Assembly: GCA_963921275.4 (NCBI GenBank)
Contig: OZ001293.3
Location: forward strand, 6,656,001-6,720,000
DNA: 64,000 nucleotides
From: an uncultured Hormoscilla sp.
Lineage (GTDB): Bacteria > Cyanobacteriota > Cyanobacteriia > Cyanobacteriales > Desertifilaceae
Direction: 5' to 3'
Part shown: piece by piece, positions 10,581 through 24,670 of the stretch
Numbering within the stretch: position 1 is the stretch's first letter
Layout: each line of letters begins with the position of its first letter
Notes under the pieces: generated by a model
The model's input: only the letters and a program-made list of their open reading frames with translations
Database searches by the model: none
Told to the model about the DNA's origin: nothing
Program-made: the position numbers and the translations under genes

Positions 10581-10659
10581 GACCAGGAGATACCGCGCTG
10601 GTGGGCACCGCCCACCCTACTAGCTACATTTAGTCTACTACAGAAATTAGATCGCAGGG

Positions 10660-10689
10660 TTGACACAGTCAGGGAATTTATGTTATAGT
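10660..10689 (+). promoter_or_regulatory. Putative sigma70 promoter for the 10722 gene
   Basis: TTGACA, 18-nt spacer, TATAGT with an extended TG. Confidence 0.55.
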
Positions 10690-10721
10690 ATGGGCATCAT
10701 CAAGAAAAGAGTGAGGACAGC

Positions 10722-14119
<3,398 letters not shown>

Positions 14120-14380
14120 ACAGTACCAGCAAGTCAGTCTCATAGCCCGCCGTGGGTTATTTCCCACGGCTAATAGCTCAAGTCCACTAAAGTGGACTAA
14201 ACATTTTCTCAACAAGGTTTTCAGTCGGTTTTCAACCGACTTTAGCCTCGTTACCTGGCTGCGCCAGGTAACGCGGGGGTTTGAACCCCCTGGGGGTCAT
14301 CAGCCTAATCGAGAATGATGCATGAACTCACGTTATCATAAATGGAGGTAATAGCTCCGACTCTTAAGTAGGAGGCAAAT

Positions 14381-14824
14381 ATGCCCAATCAAAGCAACAA
14401 GGAAACGGGAAAAGTTTTCACCAGTTTGACGCTCATTAATCGCGCCGACCAAATTCGGGCAGAAGATGGCAATATTTCACCAGACAAAATCCGGTCGATA
14501 ACTCTCAATAATGTCTTGGTAGACACGGGAGCAACTACCTTGTGCTTGCCACAGGACGCGATCGCCCAATTAGGACTGAAACTCCTGAAAGAAGTAGACG
14601 TAGCAACAGCAATGGGCATTGGCAAAGCCCGAGTTTTTCGAGATGCAACCATATCCATGTTTGGGCGAGAAAGAACATTTGAGTGCTTGGAGTTGCCTGA
14701 AAGCGGAGATGCGCTTTTGGGAGTAATTCCTTTAGAATCTTTGGGTTTAGAAATAGACTTGCAAAATCAAACCTTGAAACCATTGCCCATCAGTCCAACA
14801 GAAACATATTTGACGATTTTGTAG
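14381..14824 (+). CDS. Clan AA aspartyl protease
   Basis: LVDTGATTL and ALLGVIPLE motifs; AGGAGG RBS. Confidence 0.88.
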   Translation: MPNQSNKETGKVFTSLTLINRADQIRAEDGNISPDKIRSITLNNVLVDTGATTLCLPQDAIAQLGLKLLKEVDVATAMGIGKARVFRDATISMFGRERTFECLELPESGDALLGVIPLESLGLEIDLQNQTLKPLPISPTETYLTIL

Positions 14825-15106
14825 CAAGTAGGGTGGGCACCGCCCACCAAAACGCTATGCTATGTAAGGCAATTATTTGTCACGGCCATGCCATGAATTT
14901 GCTTTCTGGGGCGATCGCATCTAACTTCCAATTATCCAAAAATCTAGTCAAGACATCCATATCGATCGCCTCTCGATTGAGCCTCAGAACAATATCTCTA
15001 TCTTCAACAGAAATGCTGTAACTTATTGGTTGGGAGATTTTCCTTTTCATTTGTCTACCACATCCCATCCCTATCCTTGTCAAGTCCGCGATCGCTTTTT
15101 TAAAAC

Positions 15107-15135
15107 TTGACAAAATTCGATGGGTATGTTAAAGT
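15107..15135 (+). promoter_or_regulatory. Putative higBA promoter
   Basis: TTGACA, 17-nt spacer, TAAAGT with extended TG; -35 lies in one arm of a TTGTCAAGT/ACTTGACAA inverted repeat. Confidence 0.5.
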
Positions 15136-15195
15136 AGCAAAGTCCGGAAAATCAGGACAGCTAGATGCCACCCACCGTCTAATCAGGACAGAGAG

Positions 15196-15519
15196 ATGCG
15201 TATTATTAGCCGGAGGAAACTGAGAGAATACTGGGAAAAACATTCCTTAGCTCAACCCGGACTTTTGCTATGGTACAATCCTGTATCAGATGCGGAATTC
15301 CAAAACTTTAACGATTTACGCCAAACCTTTTTCACCGTTCCGGAAAAATCAGCAGATTTAGTAGGCAATTTTACCGTTTTTAATATTGGGGGAAATAATT
15401 ATCGACTCATCACTTACATAGATTACGAAAAAGGGATAGTTTTTATCCGCGCCGTGCTAACTCATGCCGAATACGATAAGGAGAACTGGAAAAATGACGA
15501 TTGGTTTGAAAACTCCTAA
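15196..15519 (+). CDS. higB: HigB family toxin
   Basis: MRIISRRKLREYW...VFNIGGNNYRLI...LTHAEYDK. Confidence 0.92.
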   Translation: MRIISRRKLREYWEKHSLAQPGLLLWYNPVSDAEFQNFNDLRQTFFTVPEKSADLVGNFTVFNIGGNNYRLITYIDYEKGIVFIRAVLTHAEYDKENWKNDDWFENS

Positions 15520-15898
15520 CAGTTATTACATGGAAATAATTGCCACATTTCTACCCCGTCCGATAACTAACGAAGCAGAATTGATAGCTACCCAAAATCG
15601 GATTAATGATATTTTGGATAAAGGGCCCTTAACCAGAGACGATCGCGACTATCTGAATGTCTTAGGAATGTTGGTTTATGAATATGAAGAAAAGCACGAA
15701 CCACCAATGCCAAAAATTCGTGGTGTCGAATTTATCCAAGCTTTGTTGGCAGAATCCCAACTTCAACCTCAAGATTTAGTTCCTATTTTCGGCAACGAAT
15801 CTACAGTTTGGGAACTGTTGAATGGCGATCGCCAACTCGCGGACAATCAAATCCAAGAGTTAGCAGATTTTTTCCATATTTCTCCATCTATGTTTTAG
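15494..15898 (+). CDS. higA: HigA family antitoxin
   Basis: PRPITNE...LVYEYE...C-terminal HTH; overlaps higB. Confidence 0.88.
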   Translation: MTIGLKTPNSYYMEIIATFLPRPITNEAELIATQNRINDILDKGPLTRDDRDYLNVLGMLVYEYEEKHEPPMPKIRGVEFIQALLAESQLQPQDLVPIFGNESTVWELLNGDRQLADNQIQELADFFHISPSMF

Positions 15899-16002
15899 CA
15901 GCGAATACGGAAGACCCAGAGGGGGCAGAGCCTCCGGTGGACGTTCCCGGCCAGAGTCCAGGAACGAGAGAACAGTTATACAAGTAACAAACAACAACTA
16001 AT

Positions 16003-16611
16003 ATGAATCCCGATCGAGAAATTAGCCACCTCCTAGACCTGATACCTGCCTCCGGTAGAATGATGAGCAAAATTGTCAGCAAACCGGAACAAAGATTGGT
16101 AATTGATTGTAAATTTCCCCTGCCTTGGCATCGATCTCGACCTATTTACATTAATTTCGATCTGTGGCAGCAAATGTCACGACCCCAACGAGATTTGTTG
16201 CTGTTGCGCACTGTTAGCTGGCTTGGTAATGTAGTTTACCTGAAACCGGATATTTATCAAGGTTTAGCGGCCCTGGGAGTTGTAGGCACTGCGATCGAAC
16301 TCCTGCAAGCAGATGCCGTGGGCATAGTCGTCGCTGGGGGACTGACCGCGATCGCATCCAGTCAAGTTTGGCGGATGAACCGCCGCAGTCAATCCCAATT
16401 AGAAGCAGATGAAATAACAATTCGCGTGGCCGGACGCCGGGGTTACAATGAAACCGAAGCGGCCAGACATCTCTTGGGCGCGATCGAGTCTGTTGCTAAA
16501 ATAGAAGGACGACCGAGTTTGAATTTTATCGAACTGATCCGCTGCCAGAATTTAAGGGCGATCGGGAATCTCTCGCCCCTGGGAGTTCCCGAAAGCATTA
16601 GGCGAGATTAA
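16003..16611 (+). CDS. DUF3318-like cyanobacterial protein
   Basis: LLDLIPASGRM...LNFIELIRCQNLRAI. Confidence 0.8.
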   Translation: MNPDREISHLLDLIPASGRMMSKIVSKPEQRLVIDCKFPLPWHRSRPIYINFDLWQQMSRPQRDLLLLRTVSWLGNVVYLKPDIYQGLAALGVVGTAIELLQADAVGIVVAGGLTAIASSQVWRMNRRSQSQLEADEITIRVAGRRGYNETEAARHLLGAIESVAKIEGRPSLNFIELIRCQNLRAIGNLSPLGVPESIRRD

Positions 16612-16639
16612 CCTTACATCCAGAAACCTGGTTTCTCAG

Positions 16640-17031
16640 CCTTGCAAAGGGACTGCTATCAACGGTTGGCCCTTGTCATAATTGGTGAGAATGCCGATAT
16701 TATTCCTTGGGGAACTTCCATCATCGATCTAGACATCTATTATCCACCAAATTTAGTAATTGAAGTTGCCAACACATCCTTGCCTGATGACAAGGGAGAA
16801 AAGCGACTGTTGTATGAAGATTTAAGGGTAAAAGAATACTGGCTCGTTGACGTGAAGAACGTACAAATCATTGCTTTTGCTATCCAGAATAATGGCAGCC
16901 AGCGAATTACTGAGTCTCAGATGTTACCAGGCTTAAGCAATTAACTTGCTCCAGTCCGCTTTGCAGCCGACTCGTCAGATGAATTAAAGCCAAGTTATTG
17001 CTTGGTTATTATCCCAATTTCAGCCAGGATA
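16640..17031 (+). pseudogene. Uma2 (DUF820) endonuclease fragment
   Basis: PPNLVIEVANTSL..DKGEKRLLYE..VKEYWLVDV; N-terminus missing; resembles 48949-49593. Confidence 0.85.
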
Positions 17032-17125
17032 ACGATCTCAGCTACAACTCATAATTAACTCACCCTAGCCTCACAGGTTGATTGTATAATCGAAAAGAAA
17101 ATAACAAGTAAAGAGCAAGTGAGAG

Positions 17126-17854
17126 ATGTTCAATCAACGGAAACAAGGGCGATCAAGTCGCAAAATCAGACGAATTGTGAGTTATTGCCTAACTGCTATC
17201 TTAGTGGCGATAGTAATTATTGTAGCGAAAGAGTTCCAGGTGCAAGAACTATTAAGGAGGGCCTTAGCCTGGATAGACAGTCTTGGTCCTACTGGACCAG
17301 TAGCTTTTATTATTATTTATAACCTGGCTACTGTACTATTCATACCAGGAGCCCTGCTCACTCTAGGAGGTGGTGTCATTTTTGGGGTAATTTGGGGCTC
17401 GATCTACGTCTTGATCGCCGCTACCTTGGGTGCGACAGTTGCGTTTTTGATCGGACGATATTTATCTCGCGGTTGGGCGTGCCAGCAGCTGGAGGCGCAC
17501 CCTCAGTTGAAGGCGATCGATCTAGCAGTTGCCAGGTCAGGATTTAAGATAGTATTTTTAACGCGCCTTTGTCCCATATTGCCATTCAACCTGTTGAATT
17601 ATGCCTTTGGCGTCATGCAGCTTTCCTTAAAAGACTATATCTTGGGTTCCGTTGGCATGATTCCAGGAACAGTGGTGTATGTTTATATGGGTGCTTTAGT
17701 GGGAGATATCGCCACAATAGGGACAGAGGTGAGCCTCAGTCCCCAAGCAGAAGCCCTGAAGTGGGCGATCAATATTATTGGTTCGATCACCACAGTTGCC
17801 GTGACAGTCTATATCACCAAACTCGCCCATAAGGCTTTAGCAGAAACTGTTTAA
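17126..17854 (+). CDS. TVP38/TMEM64 (DedA-like) membrane protein
   Basis: IPGALLTLGGGVIFG and LTRLCPILPFNLLNYAFG motifs. Confidence 0.9.
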   Translation: MFNQRKQGRSSRKIRRIVSYCLTAILVAIVIIVAKEFQVQELLRRALAWIDSLGPTGPVAFIIIYNLATVLFIPGALLTLGGGVIFGVIWGSIYVLIAATLGATVAFLIGRYLSRGWACQQLEAHPQLKAIDLAVARSGFKIVFLTRLCPILPFNLLNYAFGVMQLSLKDYILGSVGMIPGTVVYVYMGALVGDIATIGTEVSLSPQAEALKWAINIIGSITTVAVTVYITKLAHKALAETV

Positions 17855-18615
17855 AATCGAACCTGTTGCAGCTGTAGAGTTATGGACTGAAGTAGAAGTG
17901 CTTCAGCTGAGTGGAGAAAGAAATGATCCCCTGGAAACATTTGCAGATCGAAAGCAGCAGTGGTATGACGATCCCAAGATGACAGATTCTCACGACTGGC
18001 CTTGAAATCCTGCAAGCCACCAAAGGCAGAGATGGGAAAATCAAAAGCAGGCTCATTTTTGTAAACATAGGTTTCAATCAGCTCAAAGTCTGCCCGCAAA
18101 ATAGGGAGAAACAGTTGCATCAGTTCGGCATTTGTTAGCACCTCTGAGGGAGTACCGTTGTAACCGCGCAGTTTTTCCACAAATTCAGCTTCTGGCAAGG
18201 CGTGGATGGGCGGTTCTGGATCGGGAATTTGCGGGGCGCCGCGACCGGAGATCGAGAGGTTCGACAGCTGGCGATCGCCCCGTTTGCGCAGCAGACGGGC
18301 CAGTTCAAAGCTCACCAGTGCGCCCATGCTATGACCGAAGAAAGCAAAGGGTTTGTCCAACTCTGGCAGCAAGGCAAGGGCGATCGCCTCTACCAGGGGT
18401 TCCATCCTGGTGAAAGGCGCGTCCTTGATCCGAGTTCCCCGTCCGGGAAGTTCCACAGCACAAACCTCCACAGTCGGTGGTAGACGATCCGGCCAGGAAC
18501 GGAACACCGCCGCACTGCCACCAGCGTAGGGGAAGCAGAACAGCCGCAGCTGGGCCTTGGGATTAGGCTTGAGGTATTTAATCCAGGGGTTTTTGCTTGG
18601 CCTGCTTGTCATCAT
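17851..18615 (-). CDS. Type II thioesterase (GrsT-like)
   Basis: LFCFPYAGG, FFGHSMG, LRADF and FPGDHFF motifs. Confidence 0.93.
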   Translation of the reverse strand: MMTSRPSKNPWIKYLKPNPKAQLRLFCFPYAGGSAAVFRSWPDRLPPTVEVCAVELPGRGTRIKDAPFTRMEPLVEAIALALLPELDKPFAFFGHSMGALVSFELARLLRKRGDRQLSNLSISGRGAPQIPDPEPPIHALPEAEFVEKLRGYNGTPSEVLTNAELMQLFLPILRADFELIETYVYKNEPAFDFPISAFGGLQDFKASRENLSSWDRHTTAAFDLQMFPGDHFFLHSAEALLLQSITLQLQQVRF

Positions 18616-18802
18616 GCAATTAATCGGCTATACTTGGACATCGGCATGCAGCGGGAAGGGGTTCTCACTCCTCTAACCATACCAGTAAATTATCAAATAG
18701 TCAAGTTTCGAGATCCTATTTTATTATCATGTTGACAGATATTTCAACACCAGTGATCGAGCAGAAGATCGGAAGGAGTAAAAACTCACGGTCCTTAATC
18801 AT

Positions 18803-19690
18803 ATGCTAAAATTGCTAGAGAACTTCCAAAAACTGATAAATAGCAACCTAACAATGTCAGGGGAAGATGGCAAGTGGATGAACCAGATTTTATCAAGATC
18901 GAGTTGTCGCCAGATCGCCGGTTTGCTCCTGACAATAGCGGCCCTGATGATTAGCTTCCCATTTCTGAACCAGAAGGGAGCCAAAACCAGTCAACAACTT
19001 GATAATATTTGCCAGCAAATCATCAAAAAAGATGCCGTAATCAATCAAGCACAACTGCAGCAACTGCAATTCAAAGAAGGCGTGAAAAAAGCGGTGATTC
19101 GTGAAATCTTGGGATACCCATACTGTCTGCTCCCCAAAGCGGCCATTCGTGCTAGCACGATCGCGGAAAGTGAAGTTTACCAAAGTTCAGAAAATTACCG
19201 CTTGATTGTCGCCTATGAAAACGACCAATATATCGGCTATGGTATTGAGGGGGATAGTTCAGCTCAATACCAACCAAGGCGGAAACAAATAGAAGTCGAA
19301 AAAGTTTGGGGGATTGAGGCTAGTGAAGTAATTGCCGGTCAGCGCGGAATTGGCGGTTTGGGTGATATTTCCCTAGAATACGAGGGTTCTGTAAAAGCCC
19401 CTGTGGCTGGTGTAGTTGATAGTGAGTTTGTCCTAGTAACTGATTCTGATTTGATTGCTGGCACAAGGGATTGTGTAATCTTTTTTAGCCCCCAACTCCC
19501 GGCTTATTTGTTAAAGATATGCGGCTTGACAGAGCGATATTTAGGACCAGTAGATTCCGATAGCCCGATCGGGAAAACCGATGGCTCATTACATCTGTCT
19601 CTATTGTCATTCCGCAAAGATGCTAGCCAAACTAGCAAGTGGATTTATGTTTCTCCTTCGTCAAAACTGATCGAACAACTGGAGAGGTGA
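18803..19690 (+). CDS. Membrane-anchored hypothetical protein
   Basis: 295-aa ORF with one TM segment; start uncertain. Confidence 0.7.
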   Translation: MLKLLENFQKLINSNLTMSGEDGKWMNQILSRSSCRQIAGLLLTIAALMISFPFLNQKGAKTSQQLDNICQQIIKKDAVINQAQLQQLQFKEGVKKAVIREILGYPYCLLPKAAIRASTIAESEVYQSSENYRLIVAYENDQYIGYGIEGDSSAQYQPRRKQIEVEKVWGIEASEVIAGQRGIGGLGDISLEYEGSVKAPVAGVVDSEFVLVTDSDLIAGTRDCVIFFSPQLPAYLLKICGLTERYLGPVDSDSPIGKTDGSLHLSLLSFRKDASQTSKWIYVSPSSKLIEQLER

Positions 19691-19691
19691 A

Positions 19692-20744
19692 ATGATGAAC
19701 AAAAAGCATTATTACCTGGCAGCGACGCTCCTGGCTTTGCCGATCTGTGCAGAGATGAATCAGGTGGCGATCGCAGATGAAATTGGACTATATTTCGGTG
19801 TTCCTAACTAAAGCGCTCCGGTAGGATCTCCAGTAGTTGCAGCACCTGCGATCGAGGTAGTTCCGGAAAAGATGGCTGTGGCAAACTTTGAACCTTTGGA
19901 AGTTGCGGCTCCCTATTTTATCGATCGCACGCCACCGGGAAGCTACGATTTTACCCTGTTGCGGAACGATAAAGACAATGTAGAAATTCCCGCACCCTGC
20001 GCGGGGACGGTTACTCACGTCAAATACAGCAGTCAGGGTTATGGTAATCCCGTGGAAATTTACTGCGAAGAGTCTGGTTATGCTTATTTCATGGCCCATC
20101 TAGATTCAATTGCTGTCCGGATCGGACAAAGGGCGATCAAGGGAGAAACCTTGGGAGTTCAAGGGAGTACCGGACGATCTACGGGACCGCATATTCATTT
20201 GGAAATAGGCGATCGTCCTTACCTGGAATTTAACCCTAAGAACCGCATTGTTAACCAGAATATTACGGCTCCACTGGTCTACGAGTACTTGGCCTTTGTC
20301 ACCGGGACTCCCCAAAATCTACCAAATCAGAACATTGCTTCCCAAGCAGAACCAGCTATCAAGGAGGTAGATTTTAGCGATATTAGGATTAACTTTGATG
20401 TACCTGTAATAACCCATCAACCGCAATCCGATATTGGGCTCAATTTCTCTGCTACTCATATAAGTGAGAAAAGTCAAGACGCAGCTGCAATTTCTCAAGT
20501 AAGAACAATTCCCGATCGGTGGTGGGAACAAGGGTCTGACTCTCCCTTGGTGATCGCCATTGGTGCAGCGGAGGGAACCCGCCGTGGGGATGGGAGCAAA
20601 AAACTAGCCTACTATTGGCACAGAGACCCGGGCAATGGGGCAGATAACTTTGGCACTTTCAGCTATCAGCATTTGCACGCAAAAGAAACAAAGCCAGTTC
20701 AACTGGTGCGGGATAGTGCGATTCGTTCCGGCATAAGCCAGTAG
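19692..20744 (+). pseudogene. M23 peptidase-family exported protein with a nonsense codon and truncated 3' end
   Basis: Signal peptide from 19692; in-frame TAA at 19809; GSTGRSTGPHIHLE motif; ends in an intron-like sequence. Confidence 0.8.
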
Positions 20745-20765
20745 GTGAAAGTCGGGTCTGGCTCT
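20716..20765 (+). mobile_element. Probable 5' fragment of a second group II intron
   Basis: GTGCGATTCGTTC is identical to the first 13 nt of the 13012 intron; followed by an AGCCAG...CTGGCT hairpin. Confidence 0.55.
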
Positions 20766-20792
20766 ATCAGCCAGATAACTGCTCACTGATAA

Positions 20793-21137
20793 TTAGGTAT
20801 TGGGGTTATCGTCTCGGTTGCGTTGGTCCAGCAGCATCTCCCACATGCGCTTATTTTCTGTTTGCAGGCCGCGAATCTCTGACTGTTGTTGAATAATAAG
20901 CCGGAGATTTTCTTGCCGTTCTGCTGCTGCAGCTCGCCGTTCCTCTGCTGCGGCGAGCCGTTCTTCTGCTGCTTCTGCCATAGTATCAGCTATAGCTTGA
21001 ATGACACGAGCGTTACTATTGGCTATATTGGCGGTCTCTTCTAGTTTCTGGCTCAAACCTTGGACTTCGGTGGCTATACCGCTCACTATGTCTGCCAGAC
21101 GGTCTAATTTTTCATCGTTCCAACGTGAGGTCGTCAT
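20793..21137 (-). CDS. Small coiled-coil protein, tandem paralog (114 aa)
   Basis: Near-identical to the two neighbouring copies; GAGGA RBS. Confidence 0.85.
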   Translation of the reverse strand: MTTSRWNDEKLDRLADIVSGIATEVQGLSQKLEETANIANSNARVIQAIADTMAEAAEERLAAAEERRAAAAERQENLRLIIQQQSEIRGLQTENKRMWEMLLDQRNRDDNPNT

Positions 21138-21185
21138 TGTTTTTTCCTCTATTGACTGCTTAGTTCACCAGGGCAAAAATCTCTA

Positions 21186-21285
21186 GCTTCCCTAAATTAA
21201 TTGTGCAATATTGGTTGGCTGAAGTCCTTACCATGCAATTGTTTTAGCTGCGATTGGAATATTTACACTAGATATTTAGGCGAGC
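21186..21285. mobile_element. About 100-bp MITE-like element
   Basis: Imperfect terminal IRs GCTTCCCTAAAT...ATTTAGGCGAGC; partial copy at about 21772-21836; no clear TSD. Confidence 0.45.
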
Positions 21286-21399
21286 ACACAGTTTCCTTTT
21301 CTGTCTCATGTATTGAAAACAAAAGGCAATCTCGATCGCCAAACATGCATTCGTGAGGTTATATTTCGTGCTTCTACCCAACCTAGGAGTTGCTGATAA

Positions 21400-21723
21400 T
21401 TATGTGTTGGGGTTATCGTCTCGGTTGCGTTGGTCCAGCAGCATCTCCCACATGCGCTTATTTTCTGTTTGCAGGCCGCGAATCTCTGACTGTTGTTGAA
21501 TAATAAGCCGGAGGTTTTCTTGCCGTTCTGCTGCTGCTGCCCGCCGTTCTTCTGCTGCTTCTGCCATAGTATTAGCTATAGCTTGAATGACACGAGCGTT
21601 ACTATTGGCTATATTGGCTGTCTCTTCTAGTTTCTGGCTCAAACCTTGGACTTCGGCGGCTATACCGCTCACTATGTCCGCCAGACGGTCTAATTTTTCA
21701 TCGTTCCAACGTGAGGTCGTCAT
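21400..21723 (-). CDS. Small coiled-coil protein, tandem paralog (107 aa)
   Basis: Paralog of 20793-21137 and 21901-22287. Confidence 0.85.
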   Translation of the reverse strand: MTTSRWNDEKLDRLADIVSGIAAEVQGLSQKLEETANIANSNARVIQAIANTMAEAAEERRAAAAERQENLRLIIQQQSEIRGLQTENKRMWEMLLDQRNRDDNPNT

Positions 21724-21900
21724 TGTTTTTTCCTTTATTGACTGCTTAGTTAACTAGGGCGAAAATCTCTAGCTCCCCTAAATTAATTGTGCAATATTGG
21801 TTGGCTGAAGTCCTTACTAGGCAATGATTTCAGCCGCGCTCGCCCAACATGCCAATGCCAAAGCACTGCTCACTGCTCACTGATAACTGCTCGCTGATAA

Positions 21901-22287
21901 TTAGGTATTTGGGTTATCGTCTCGGTTGCGTTGGTCCAGCAGCATCTCCCACATGCGCTTATTTTCTGTTTGCAGGCCGCGAATCTCTGACTGTTGTTGA
22001 ATAATAAGCCGGAGGTTTTCTTGCCGTTCCTCTGCTGCTGCTCGCCGTTCCTTTGCTGCTGCTCGCCGTTCCTCTGCTGCTGCTCGCCGTTCCTCTGCTG
22101 CTTCTGCCATAGTATTAGCTATAGCTTGAATGACACGAGCGTTACTATTGGCTATATTGGTCGTCTCTTCTAGTTTCTGGGTCAAACCTTGGACTTGGGA
22201 GGTCAAACCTTGGACTTCGGTGGCTATGCCGCTCACTATGTCTGCCAGACGGTCTAATTTTTCGTCGTTCCAACGTTCAGTCGTCAT
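21901..22287 (-). CDS. Small coiled-coil protein, tandem paralog (128 aa)
   Basis: Paralog with three extra heptads relative to the 107-aa copy. Confidence 0.85.
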   Translation of the reverse strand: MTTERWNDEKLDRLADIVSGIATEVQGLTSQVQGLTQKLEETTNIANSNARVIQAIANTMAEAAEERRAAAEERRAAAKERRAAAEERQENLRLIIQQQSEIRGLQTENKRMWEMLLDQRNRDDNPNT

Positions 22288-22389
22288 TGTTTTTTTCCTC
22301 GATTGACTGCTTATATCATATTAGATTAAATGATCGCTTGTAGGTTGGGTTGAGGCACGAAACTCAACTCGGAACCCAACTACAGAGGA

Positions 22390-24159
22390 TTACTTTTGAG
22401 GAACGACATCAAAAGCGATACTGATCCGTTGTTGGTCGCTATCAAGAGGTATAGTGCGGTGCCAAAAATAGGAGAATAGGAGGGAAATATCAGCCTTAAC
22501 CCTGTTCGGGGCTGAATCATTTTTACTGTGGGTTGGGTAGTCTCGTAGGCATAGATCCAACTGCGACCAAACTCGATCCACCCCTATTGTTCCTCCGTGG
22601 TAACATAGTCGGGAACCTGAACGTAATATACTCCACTCTGCCAACCCCCCGGATGGCAATGTGATGTTTGATGCCCTTGCCTACGGAGGATGGTGACGAA
22701 GATCCTCAAGCTCCATTTTTGCGGGCGGTGGGCTAAGAATGGATGTTCTTTATCTACAGGTAATATACGTATATACTCGGTAACTGCACTTTCGATGACC
22801 TGTTTGAATAGGGTGATCAGGCCGTTCCATCTGCAATTCGTCCGTCTGGCAGCCAAAACGAGTGGTACCTCGGTTGCTGCAGCCCTGGGCAGGATGGGTG
22901 CCAACCCGGCAGGCCAGTGCAGTATTAAAATTAATTGGCACTTTTACGTATCGCTGGCGCAGGAAACGGTTAAAATCCACGAGTCCGTCGTATCCCGACG
23001 ATCGCCCATTTCGTCGAGGGCCACAGCCTTGTGGGCCAAGACCAGAGTGCTTCCAGGTTGAAGCTGCAACCAAGCATTGCAAGCCTGAAGTAGGACTTGC
23101 GGATCTCCCAGCAGTTGCAGAGTGCTGGCAACTTGCTGACCTAACTGTCCCGGTTCGGATGCGATGCCGATCGCCTGACGCAGAGCCTTTTGGGCCTCTT
23201 GGGTACAACTCGAACAGCAAGCCCGATAATACAGTATGCAGATCGGGGAGTTGCGGTGCTAGTTGGATAGCTTTGCAGAAAGCCTCTTCTGCTTCCGCAA
23301 GTCTTTGGCAACGGAACAATGATATTCCCAACCATTTGTATAGCTTGGCATTGTCTGTTTTGAGGGCGATCGGCTGACGCCAAGTCGTTTCTGCTGCTTC
23401 TGATCGTCCGGACTTGACCAATACTTCTCCCAGGCGACTGTGGAACTCTGGCACTTCCGGTTCGAGGGCGATCGCCTTTCCCAGGGCTTTTTCTGCTGAG
23501 GCCAGATGCCCGCAGTGGGAAGATATTCCAGCTTACCCTGAAATTCGGCATTATCGGGTTTCAGCTGCACCGCCTCACTCATAGGAGCAAGGGCTTCCTC
23601 TGTCCGCCCTGGACGAGGACTTCCGATAGTTCCCAATATAGGTCAGGATCGGCAGTTGCGGTCAGGCCCATTGCCTCGCGCAAGCAATTTTCCGCCTCAT
23701 CCAGCTGATCGCAGTTTTTGAGGGCGACTCCCAGGGTTTTTTGCCAGGTGGCTGACTTTGGTTTTATCGTCAGGGCCCGGCGGTAGCAGGCGATCGCCTC
23801 TTGCCAGCGACCCCGTCCCCTATGGATATTACCCAGATTTTGCCATGCCGAAAAGTCATCTGGTGCGATCGCCAGGGACTTGTTAATCAACTGAACTGCG
23901 GCAGGATAATTTCCTCTTTGGTCGGCGATGATGCCCAGACGATGCAATGCATGGGGATGATTTGGCAACTGCTTGAGTATCTGCTGATACAGAGTTTCTG
24001 CCGCCGCTGACTTTCCGACCCTTAAGTGGCGATCGGCCAGGGCCAGGGCTTGCTGGGGTGTTAAAGTTTTGGATGTCGGAGCGATGCCTTCGGGGTTTTT
24101 GCGTCAGCGCAGCTGCTGCGCAGCCGCTAGCATCCCGAAGGCATCGTCTGGCTAGCCAT
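22390..24159 (-). pseudogene. TPR-repeat protein with a C-terminal putative 2OG-Fe(II) oxygenase domain, multiply frameshifted
   Basis: TPR pieces (AWQNLGNIHRGRGRWQEAIACYRRAL); SHCHPGGWQSGVYY...WHRTIP...RISIAFDV. Confidence 0.85.
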
Positions 24160-24356
24160 TTTCTAGTTTTCTCTAGAAACTTGGCGAGCGATCGCCCCTT
24201 TGCCGCGTGCTATACTCCCAACGGTCAGGAACTGCGCTTTTTTGACCAGAAAAAATTTATCATTGCGAGGGGGGATAGAGGATCGAGAATCTCGCAAAAA
24301 CCCCCCTCGCAATGACAATCGCCGCAAAAAGTGCAAGTCTATCCCGTTCTGGGTAT

Positions 24357-24584
24357 CTATTCCTTCTTGCTAGCTGCCGCTTGCTCCATCTGCTTCCGGA
24401 GGCTGAGGGGTCGCATGTCAGTCCACACTTCCTTAATGTAACTCAAGCATTCTGCTTTTGTACCACTTTTGTCAACGGAACGCCAGCCCGGAGCCTTTTC
24501 CCTGTCTGCTGGCCATATGGAATATTGCTCTTCATGATTTACAACCACATTGTAAATTGTCTTGTCTTCTTCGTCTTGGTTCAT
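24357..24584 (-). CDS. mbtH: MbtH-like protein
   Basis: [12 protein letters not shown]...PGW...[18 protein letters not shown]. Confidence 0.95.
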   Translation of the reverse strand: MNQDEEDKTIYNVVVNHEEQYSIWPADREKAPGWRSVDKSGTKAECLSYIKEVWTDMRPLSLRKQMEQAAASKKE

Positions 24585-24670
24585 TTTCCCTCCTTGTTTG
24601 TAGTAAGCACTTTAGTACTTCCCGCTCTTGTTTGTAGTAAGCACTTTAGTGCTTCCCAGGCGCGAAGCGC

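Noticed and set aside
20793..22287. DGR-like diversification among the three paralogs
   Set aside because: Differences are heptad indels and scattered substitutions, not adenine-specific
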